A DNA stretch of 64,000 nt from a virus: IMG/VR virus record IMGVR_UViG_3300020538_000003, positions 32,065 through 96,064 of that record, one strand, 5' to 3'. The first letter of the stretch is position 1. The number at the start of each line of letters is the position of its first letter. Positions 58,083 through 64,000 of the stretch are shown here, piece after piece. The position numbers and the translations under genes were made by a program. Under the pieces are notes generated by a model that had not been told where the DNA came from, ran no database searches, and saw nothing but the letters and a program-made list of their open reading frames with translations.

Positions 58083-58995
58083 GAATTTTATTATCTATGT
58101 AATATTGAAGATCAACGTTCCATAATTGATCTCCATAATATAATATTTTAGGTATTATTTTTGTAGCCCCTGATCTAGACGAGGCAAAAATAATTTGTAA
58201 ATTTTTAGGATAATCTATAATAAGATTTCTTAAATTGTGCCAGACAAAGCCCAAATTGGACTTAAAATTTGATGTCTCGTTATCTTGTTCAATCTTATCA
58301 ATGCTAGATTCAACCACAACGAACATATAACAGTTAAACTTAACGCACCTATCCATTTCACGCCTAAATCTATCAATATCTTTACCAAATGTCTGTCTAA
58401 AATCATCTTGTGCTTTTCTGTCTATAAATGTTTTTGTATAAAAATCTCCTCCAGCAGTATAGTCTCCAAAATCTAGTTTCTGTTGAAGAGAGTTCTTATA
58501 TATGATAGGATTTTTTTCTCTAGTGTCTATAAATATTTTTAATTCGTCGCAATTTTGATTCCAAAAATTTTCTGGTATTTTTTTATTGAACCATTGATCT
58601 ATTGAAAGTTTTTTTAAAAAAAATGAGTATGAACCAAATATTTTTTTATAATTATTTATATCAGCCATTTCTGAAAGTTGATAATATAAATTTGGCGGAG
58701 ATATAGATATATTTTTTTCTTCAAATCTTTGCTTTGCTTTTTCTATTACATAAGGTTCTGTGGTAAAAGAGTCGTTACAGTCTAACCAACTTAGATAATT
58801 ATCAAATGAATTAAAGTCTTCACGAAAATATTGATCGTAGCTTTTAAAAGCTAATAAATTTTTTGTAAATAAATCATGTTTTTTATAATGCTTTACATAA
58901 TAATCGCCAATTCTTAAAGAATGAGCTTTAAGATGATGATGAAAACTTTTGCGGCTTTGAAATTCTTCGCCACATTCTTTGCATTTATAATCCAT
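58045..58995 (-). CDS. C2H2 zinc finger plus ERCC4 (XPF/Mus81-like) nuclease
   Basis: CKECG...F...HLKAH; IDTREK...GDY...IDRKAQDDF...VVVE. Confidence 0.8.
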   Translation of the reverse strand: MDYKCKECGEEFQSRKSFHHHLKAHSLRIGDYYVKHYKKHDLFTKNLLAFKSYDQYFREDFNSFDNYLSWLDCNDSFTTEPYVIEKAKQRFEEKNISISPPNLYYQLSEMADINNYKKIFGSYSFFLKKLSIDQWFNKKIPENFWNQNCDELKIFIDTREKNPIIYKNSLQQKLDFGDYTAGGDFYTKTFIDRKAQDDFRQTFGKDIDRFRREMDRCVKFNCYMFVVVESSIDKIEQDNETSNFKSNLGFVWHNLRNLIIDYPKNLQIIFASSRSGATKIIPKILYYGDQLWNVDLQYYIDNKIHGMAKRKTKIST

Positions 58996-60056
58996 TATAA
59001 TAATTCTCGTTTGGAAATGCCAAGAATTCTAGCTTTAAATTCATCCATGGATTCCAATCTGTCAGCTTCTTGTTCAATTAATTTGTTTTGAAGTTCGGCC
59101 ATCATGATCATTCTATCTCTTTCTTCTTTATCTTGGAATGCTTCAACTAAAGCAAAAATATTACCACTTTGCTCTCCCTTCTCTTTAAGTCTAGCTTGAC
59201 GACTACCATTAAGATCTTTGGTTAAAGATTCAATTCGTTTTTCACATTGATTGAGTTCTTCGCTAGTTGCCTTAATAATCTCAGTTAAACGCATAGTGAT
59301 ATCTCTATCATTATCAGCGTCATTAAGTAAACCATTTAGTCTATCCATTCTTTGTTGAATGTGCTTCTGGCGTACATAATTAGCGCAAACAGTAATATAA
59401 AGGTTTTGTTCGTCTACTGTAAGATCTGGCTTATCCCAGACTACACGCACATATTCACTTTCAAATAACTCTCTATCTGATATGGTTGAATATTGATTAA
59501 TTATATTTATAAACCTTGGGCTTCTTAAATAAATTAAAAGCTTTTCACAAAGCCTTTTCTGTTTGGTTGACATTGTTATTTCGTCTAAATTAACGCCAGC
59601 CCAATCATTGATTTTTTTTATAACTCTGGATATAGACTTTGGCGGTGTCCAACGATCAGAGGTAATTTGATCCTCTTCATTTATTATTTCGGGCCTATTT
59701 CTTTTAAGAAATTCTGTTACCACCCTGTGCTTTATACTTAAGGATTGTATACTCCTATCTTTAAAAGCTAATCTGCTCGCTTCAAGTGCATTAATACCAT
59801 TTTCAATATTATCACTCATTAAGAACTCTTTTTGTTCTTTTGTTAATTCTATTTCATCAACTTTTTCAACTAATGATGTTTTATAATTGAGATTTTGTTT
59901 ACTTAAAAACGATCTAACTAGTCTTCCCTCGATACTCCTTCCATCAATGTTGGGGTTATTAAATACTTTTTTTGTTAATTCTCTCAAATCAGGAGTCTTT
60001 GCGAAGCCTTCTAATATAAGTTTCTTTTGATCTTCTGTAAGCTCTTGTTCGTTCAT
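58995..60056 (-). CDS. Hypothetical protein, candidate terminase small subunit
   Basis: Two N-terminal ELT..QK helical repeats and a C-terminal coiled coil; upstream of terL. Confidence 0.4.
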   Translation of the reverse strand: MNEQELTEDQKKLILEGFAKTPDLRELTKKVFNNPNIDGRSIEGRLVRSFLSKQNLNYKTSLVEKVDEIELTKEQKEFLMSDNIENGINALEASRLAFKDRSIQSLSIKHRVVTEFLKRNRPEIINEEDQITSDRWTPPKSISRVIKKINDWAGVNLDEITMSTKQKRLCEKLLIYLRSPRFINIINQYSTISDRELFESEYVRVVWDKPDLTVDEQNLYITVCANYVRQKHIQQRMDRLNGLLNDADNDRDITMRLTEIIKATSEELNQCEKRIESLTKDLNGSRQARLKEKGEQSGNIFALVEAFQDKEERDRMIMMAELQNKLIEQEADRLESMDEFKARILGISKRELL

Positions 60057-60733
60057 AAAATATCATTATTTTTTAATACATTAATGGCAATCTCATAAAA
60101 TTTCTTCTTTAAATTATTTATTTGCTTGTATCTTATTGTTTTTCTTTTCGATGAATCTGCTTTAAATTTAAAAAAAACTGCAATTTGCTCTTCAGAGTAA
60201 TTTTCTATATAAAGCATCTTGTAAACAATTTTATGCTTTTCATTTAATTCATTCATAACCAAAGAATGAAGTTTATTCTGAGCTGAGTCATAATTAAAAT
60301 TATCTTCGATATAAGTTTCGCCAAGAAACAATCCATCTTCCATTGGTAATGGCAGTTTTAAGTTGTACGCTTTTTCTTTTTTCTTTTGCCATTTAGAATA
60401 AGAGTCGCATTCAGAATTTTGTTTTCCATTTTTAGTAAATGAGCATGAATCACCTCCCAAATAAAACGGACACTTTAAACATGGTTTTGCAAAATTAGAA
60501 TAATTATTCCTAATCATATTTTTCATTTGATTAGATATAATCATTGCCGCCCATGGTTTAAATGGGCGATCTTGATCCCACAAGTGCCATTTTTTAAAAA
60601 TATGTAATCTTATCATTTGACAGACATCATCATAGTCTAACCATGAGATGGCATCCAATTGCCATTTAGCGCGATATTTCTTAAGAAGCTCTTCTAGTTC
60701 TTCGTTTTTTTCCTCATAAGTAAAATTATTCAT
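60053..60733 (-). CDS. Sigma70/ECF-like factor with a Cys-rich insertion (candidate late sigma)
   Basis: DYDDVCQ.IR......W...D..RPFKPW...I..NQ..N..R (region 2); CLKC..C..C; region 4-like YSEEQIA. Confidence 0.75.
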   Translation of the reverse strand: MNNFTYEEKNEELEELLKKYRAKWQLDAISWLDYDDVCQMIRLHIFKKWHLWDQDRPFKPWAAMIISNQMKNMIRNNYSNFAKPCLKCPFYLGGDSCSFTKNGKQNSECDSYSKWQKKKEKAYNLKLPLPMEDGLFLGETYIEDNFNYDSAQNKLHSLVMNELNEKHKIVYKMLYIENYSEEQIAVFFKFKADSSKRKTIRYKQINNLKKKFYEIAINVLKNNDIL

Positions 60734-61109
60734 CAGATATTTCAGTAACTTTAGATGTAGAACATTCCTTGCGGATTTGAGCTAAAAGCTCATCGCCTTC
60801 TGGTCCAAGAAAACCATCTCTTTTAAAGCCATCTCTTGGAGCTGGGTTTGACCAAAGATCATCTAATGTAAGATTTTTATTAAATCCTTCATAAGAAATT
60901 GATTTTTTTAGTTTGGAAATATCTATATCATCTAAGTTAAATTCTTCATCAAAATCATCTTCTTGATTATGAGATCTGATTACTTTTTTCTCGGCAGAAT
61001 TTACTTTAGTTGTTGTATTAAAGGGGTTACCACAACCAGCGCAAAATTTGGGCCTTGAAACTTCAAATACGTTTTTAAAACCACACTGAATACAAAATTC
61101 TTTGTTCAT
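60726..61109 (-). CDS. Double zinc-ribbon protein
   Basis: FCIQCG...PKFCAGCG. Confidence 0.75.
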   Translation of the reverse strand: MNKEFCIQCGFKNVFEVSRPKFCAGCGNPFNTTTKVNSAEKKVIRSHNQEDDFDEEFNLDDIDISKLKKSISYEGFNKNLTLDDLWSNPAPRDGFKRDGFLGPEGDELLAQIRKECSTSKVTEISDE

Positions 61110-61123
61110 ACACTTATTTTACA

Positions 61124-61804
61124 TTAAAAATTCTTTTTTTCTATTTTTTCTATAATATAAGTTATAATTGGATCACGAATTATATCAGTTTTATCAAATG
61201 CTAAATTATAAATGCCCATTGACTGACTTTCTTCGTCGTTAAATATTTCTGAGAATTTTTCAAAACCAGTAGAACGTATATCGCTCTGCATTATATCTCC
61301 GCATAAAAATATCTTACTGTTTCTGCCGATACGAGTTATAATTGTTGTTAATTCTTTAACAGACATATTCTGAGCTTCATCAACAATCACAATTTTCTCG
61401 CGCCAAGATTGGCCGCGAATAAAATTTATTGGTTCGGCGCTAAGAACTTGTTTTTGTTTTAAGTATATTTTTTCTGGCTCATTTAAAAGCTCATCTATTT
61501 TATCTTCCAAGGGAGCCATATATGGCCCGAATTTATCATTCATAGAACCCTTTAAGAAACCAAGACTTCTATCCGCACTTTCAATAACACTTCTTAAATA
61601 TAAAATACTTAAAAGAGAATCGGCGCTATAAAGTTGAAGAGCAGTATAAACAGATAAAAATGTTTTTGCAGTTCCAGCTGGTCCACTTAAGAATACTATC
61701 CTAGTATTCGGTGAACTCATTATTTTGTAGAAATTATCTTGCTTTGGAGTTAATTCTATATGTGACAACAATAGACCATTAGAGTAGCCGCTTTTTTTTG
61801 ACAT
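61124..61804 (-). CDS. phoH: PhoH-like ATPase
   Basis: GPAGTAKT, LGFLKG, FIRG, DEAQN, TRIG, GD..QSD. Confidence 0.95.
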   Translation of the reverse strand: MSKKSGYSNGLLLSHIELTPKQDNFYKIMSSPNTRIVFLSGPAGTAKTFLSVYTALQLYSADSLLSILYLRSVIESADRSLGFLKGSMNDKFGPYMAPLEDKIDELLNEPEKIYLKQKQVLSAEPINFIRGQSWREKIVIVDEAQNMSVKELTTIITRIGRNSKIFLCGDIMQSDIRSTGFEKFSEIFNDEESQSMGIYNLAFDKTDIIRDPIITYIIEKIEKKNF

Positions 61805-61817
61805 TCAATAACATAAT

Positions 61818-61823
61818 TTACAC
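61818..61823 (-). promoter_or_regulatory. GTGTAA motif upstream of phoH and the packaging operon
   Basis: Recurrent motif, 13 nt before the ATG. Confidence 0.55.
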
Positions 61824-61828
61824 CAAAA

Positions 61829-62074
61829 ATGAATTTACCAATAAGATTTAATAACTACGAAGACTGTTTAATGGGAATAGCGCAGTCTCATAATGATGCA
61901 GTTTATATTTATGATAAGGAAAAAATATTAACTAAAATAATGAAAACCTCAAATTGCTCTTATAAAGAAGCGTTGGGTTTTTTTGATAATCATGTAAACA
62001 AAGACTTTGGTAAAAGAGGTCCAGTTTATTTTTCAAGAATAGATCAAATGATTGAAGTAGATGGAAATGAATAG
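61829..62074 (+). CDS. Small hypothetical phage protein
   Basis: 81 aa with AT-rich codon usage; YD..KI...M......EA..FF..........P.Y. Confidence 0.7.
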   Translation: MNLPIRFNNYEDCLMGIAQSHNDAVYIYDKEKILTKIMKTSNCSYKEALGFFDNHVNKDFGKRGPVYFSRIDQMIEVDGNE

Positions 62075-62238
62075 GTTTAAATAAAGGGGTGGGGTTTGGT
62101 TTGAATTTGATAAATGTATGGTGTTCACCCCCTCCCCCTACTTTTTCGAAAAATCAATTTTTGCAAAATTTCAGAAAAACCCACCCCCTTGTCAAGAAAA
62201 AGATGTGAAAAAAAATAGTGAAAAAAATCTTTTTTTTG

Positions 62239-62266
62239 TTGCGTTTGTGGGGGAATCTGGTAATGT
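62239..62266 (+). promoter_or_regulatory. Early promoter 1: TTGCGT-N16-TAATGT with extended -10 and upstream A/T tracts
   Basis: ATG begins 7 nt after the -10 element (leaderless). Confidence 0.75.
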
Positions 62267-62272
62267 TCTTAC

Positions 62273-62443
62273 ATGTCAAACGAACTCCAACTCCTCCGCA
62301 TCGGTGATGTAATCGAATCCAAGCAAGGCAAATTCAAGGTTGCCGACATTGTAGAAGAACAATGGTATGAGCCTTGGGTTGTCTTGGTAAAGTGGAACGG
62401 GAACGCTTGGGAAGATACGAGAATCCAATTCAAAGACCTCTGA
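62273..62443 (+). CDS. Small early protein (56 aa), leaderless
   Basis: Not in the track. MSNELQLLRIGDVIESKQGKFKVADIVEEQWYEPWVVLVKWNGNAWEDTRIQFKDL (SH3/KOW-like beta pattern). Confidence 0.75.
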   Translation: MSNELQLLRIGDVIESKQGKFKVADIVEEQWYEPWVVLVKWNGNAWEDTRIQFKDL

Positions 62444-62462
62444 AAATAAAAAATCTTTTTCC

Positions 62463-62490
62463 TTGCTCTAACCTCAAAATCTGCTAACTT
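62463..62490 (+). promoter_or_regulatory. Early promoter 2: TTGCTC-N16-TAACTT
   Basis: Followed by TCTCTC-ATG. Confidence 0.75.
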
Positions 62491-62496
62491 TCTCTC

Positions 62497-62655
62497 ATGT
62501 CCAACGAACTCCAAGACCTCTACCACATCGACACTCTCGAAGCCCTCGCCATGCTCAATGACATCACGGCGCGTTTCGAGGAACTTGCAACGCGCACGGG
62601 TGAAAATGCCCAAGCATTCCGCGAAGAGTGCGAAAAAATAAAATGGGAAAAGTGA
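62497..62655 (+). CDS. Small early protein (52 aa), leaderless
   Basis: Not in the track. MSNELQDLYHIDTLEALAMLNDITARFEELATRTGENAQAFREECEKIKWEK. Confidence 0.75.
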   Translation: MSNELQDLYHIDTLEALAMLNDITARFEELATRTGENAQAFREECEKIKWEK

Positions 62656-62664
62656 AAATTTTTC

Positions 62665-62692
62665 TTGCGTTCCCTCTCTCATCTGCTAACTT
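62665..62692 (+). promoter_or_regulatory. Early promoter 3: TTGCGT-N16-TAACTT
   Basis: ATCTGCTAACTTTCTCTCATGTCCAAC is identical to cassette 2. Confidence 0.75.
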
Positions 62693-62698
62693 TCTCTC

Positions 62699-63007
62699 AT
62701 GTCCAACACAACTACCATGACCACCCCAACAATCGAATCATTCATTGCTCGCGTTCCAGTCGGAAGCCTTACCACCTACGGCATCTTCCTTGGTTTCGAT
62801 GATCAAAAAGCAACCTTCAAAGGCCGCATGAAAACAGGTTCTAAAGATGTCTTGGAAGTTGCCTTGAATGCCAAGCTGATTGGTGGTGACTTCACCTTGG
62901 ACAAGGTGCAAGTGACAACCCCCGAACAAGTTGCACAACGCAACAAAGCAAACGCCGAAAGCATGAGCGCATTCTATGAAGCTCGCCCCAACCTTCTCAA
63001 TGACTAA
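62699..63007 (+). CDS. Early hypothetical protein (102 aa), leaderless
   Basis: Track ORF; starts at the promoter 3 transcription start position. Confidence 0.8.
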   Translation: MSNTTTMTTPTIESFIARVPVGSLTTYGIFLGFDDQKATFKGRMKTGSKDVLEVALNAKLIGGDFTLDKVQVTTPEQVAQRNKANAESMSAFYEARPNLLND

Positions 63008-63009
63008 CC

Positions 63010-63042
63010 CACACACACACACACACACGCACACACACACAC
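63010..63042 (+). repeat. (CA)n tract directly upstream of an ATG
   Basis: CACACACACACACACACACGCACACACACACAC then CATG. Confidence 0.9.
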
Positions 63043-63043
63043 C

Positions 63044-63217
63044 ATGAAATACGACCACACCTTTGAAATCTTCGGCCAAACCTTCGTTAGCTCCTCTTTT
63101 GAACTCTTTATGTCAATTCTCTTGGTGGCTGGACTCGCGATGCCATTGTTGACAATCGGCCTTTTTAAAATCTTTTCCTTCGTCAGCAATCTCATCGAAA
63201 AAACAAAAAACAAATAA
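63044..63217 (+). CDS. Small membrane protein (57 aa)
   Basis: Not in the track. MKYDHTFEIFGQTFVSSSFELFMSILLVAGLAMPLLTIGLFKIFSFVSNLIEKTKNK: one TM helix with a basic tail. Confidence 0.7.
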   Translation: MKYDHTFEIFGQTFVSSSFELFMSILLVAGLAMPLLTIGLFKIFSFVSNLIEKTKNK

Positions 63218-63236
63218 AAACAAACATACACACACC

Positions 63237-63416
63237 ATGAAACACACACTAGCAATCCTTGGCTCTGCCATCATCACCATGTCGCCCGTCTTTAGCCTTT
63301 GTGCCTTCTGTATCTACGGAGGACGAAGCGAAGTGTTCGACGCTGTATGCTTCTTAACCTTTGGCGCGACCTGCTACTGCCTCGCACATCTTCAATCATA
63401 CATCAAACATAACTAA
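63237..63416 (+). CDS. Small Cys-rich membrane protein (59 aa)
   Basis: Not in the track. MKHTLAILGSAIITMSPVFSLCAFCIYGGRSEVFDAVCFLTFGATCYCLAHLQSYIKHN: two hydrophobic segments; CA-rich leader. Confidence 0.65.
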   Translation: MKHTLAILGSAIITMSPVFSLCAFCIYGGRSEVFDAVCFLTFGATCYCLAHLQSYIKHN

Positions 63417-63419
63417 CAC

Positions 63420-63644
63420 ATGAGCGCACGAAACAAAGCACGAAAGATGATCAACGCACAAGTCTACGCAATCACAGGCTTGTCACTCGATGATCTGCCT
63501 GATACCGCTCTTCTATGTGATCACGTGGACACATTGGAAGAGATGATAGAAGAAGCAGACAGCATGACTCCCATGAGTGAGCTACTTGACTACGCACAAG
63601 AAGCCGCAATGGAATTTCTAGAAGAAGAAGGAATGTCGGCATGA
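63420..63644 (+). CDS. Small acidic early protein (74 aa)
   Basis: Track ORF; TGLSLDDLPD and a very acidic C-terminal half. Confidence 0.75.
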   Translation: MSARNKARKMINAQVYAITGLSLDDLPDTALLCDHVDTLEEMIEEADSMTPMSELLDYAQEAAMEFLEEEGMSA

Positions 63645-63751
63645 GTGAAGAACTGCATGACATAGTTGCAAGCGCCGTGTGCTTTACTACTACGCTTGTA
63701 GTAGTATGGCACATTGTGCATAGCATAACTACATTGCCACTGCCTCTGTAA
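63641..63751 (+). CDS. Putative 36-aa membrane peptide
   Basis: ATGA overlap with the previous gene; MSEELHDIVASAVCFTTTLVVVWHIVHSITTLPLPL. Confidence 0.45.
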   Translation: MSEELHDIVASAVCFTTTLVVVWHIVHSITTLPLPL

Positions 63752-63824
63752 CTCGTTGACAATGAGTGAGTTACGGGCGGGGGCGGGGCCGCGCCCCGTA
63801 ACTGCTTGAAAATGAATAAGTTAC
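63748..63824. repeat. Two GTAAC-N17-GTTAC palindromic boxes 50 bp apart, flanking a GC-rich hairpin
   Basis: GTAACTCGTTGACAATGAGTGAGTTAC (63748-63774) and GTAACTGCTTGAAAATGAATAAGTTAC (63798-63824). Confidence 0.85.
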
Positions 63825-63906
63825 GAATGCGCGAATCATCATGCTTTGCTCAATCTGTCAAGAAAAAACACAGAAAAAATGCAGAAAAAAAAGATGAAAA
63901 AAGATG

Positions 63907-63935
63907 TTGCATTTTGTCGGCTCCGAGGTTATTCT
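63907..63935 (+). promoter_or_regulatory. Early promoter 4: TTGCAT-N17-TATTCT with upstream A tracts
   Basis: Same upstream TGTCAAG plus A-tract architecture as promoter 1. Confidence 0.65.
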
Positions 63936-63941
63936 TTGCGC

Positions 63942-64000
63942 ATCGAGCTTCGGGTACTCGCTAAATCACTCTAGAGAGTTGAGCATCTCTTAAAACTGCT
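63942..64000 (+). ncRNA. Putative structured RNA or 5' leader with two tandem H-type pseudoknots (truncated by the window end)
   Basis: CGAG/CTCG with loop GGGT pairing ACTC; AGAGA/TCTCT with loop AGCA pairing TGCT. It starts at the predicted TSS with no ATG. Confidence 0.45.

Noticed and set aside
885-58476. Many short track ORFs antisense to, or nested in, long genes (e.g. 4195..4650, 6386..6724, 40204..40605, 42715..43056, 50818..51117, 51262..51693, 53768..54133)
   Set aside because: They are shadows of well-supported genes, often with non-ATG starts and no motifs.
62239-62710. Repeated 27-nt blocks as a CRISPR array
   Set aside because: The intervals are about 200 nt and encode ORFs; the repeats are promoter/start sequences.
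62118-63762. Track ORFs 62118..62312 (+), 62269..62682, 62738..63079, 63004..63255 and 63472..63762 (-)
   Set aside because: They overlap promoters or the better-supported + strand micro-ORFs; the CVCVCV peptides simply translate the CA tract.
63973-64000. preQ1-I riboswitch
   Set aside because: The pseudoknot size is similar, but the conserved loop and 3' A-rich ligand-binding sequence are not matched, and no queuosine genes are nearby.
62075-64000. Eukaryotic contamination suggested by the CA microsatellite and composition shift
   Set aside because: The region has bacterial promoters with the same 16-bp spacer and TGTCAAG/A-tract context as 16721, and dense phage-like ORFs. A chimera still cannot be excluded without reads.
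1-64000. Stop-codon reassignment, inteins/introns, tRNAs, integrase, lysis genes
   Set aside because: Core genes are full length in the standard code, with no intein-sized insertions in terL, dnaB, recA or nrdA. I recognised no cloverleafs, recombinase or lysin motifs by eye.

Overview
This window is 64 kb of an AT-rich, large tailed dsDNA phage genome (Caudoviricetes, probably siphovirus-like: long TP901-type tape measure and two tail-tube paralogs, no sheath seen). It uses the standard genetic code. I found no tRNAs, CRISPR arrays or integrase. From left to right: (1) replication/recombination genes on the - strand (DnaE split into PHP, DEDDh exonuclease and core genes, RecB/AddB-like nuclease, primase, DnaB, RecA); (2) a sugar-modification cluster (gmd, five GT-A glycosyltransferases, FkbM-like methyltransferase), Hsp20 and a class Id-type RNR; (3) a divergent promoter/ori-like region; (4) two + strand islands (dUTPase, dNMP kinase, sigma-like factor, SSB-like and Rad52-like proteins, three GT-B glycosyltransferases) interleaved with tail fibre genes; (5) a full morphogenesis module from tail tip to terminase, followed by a C2H2-ERCC4 nuclease, a second sigma-like factor and PhoH; (6) after about 62.1 kb, a compositionally distinct early-type region of repeated promoter/leaderless micro-ORF cassettes, palindromic boxes and a probable tandem-pseudoknot RNA. 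The most striking candidates for new biology are: a tape measure protein carrying a P-loop kinase and a PD-(D/E)xK nuclease-like cargo between repeated G[YF]IPN[FY] motifs; a possible virion glycosylation system (8 GTs plus strong [S/T]G enrichment in surface-exposed virion proteins); and a phage-specific GTGTAA promoter motif alongside two phage sigma-like factors. All product calls come from motif recognition by eye, not from database searches.
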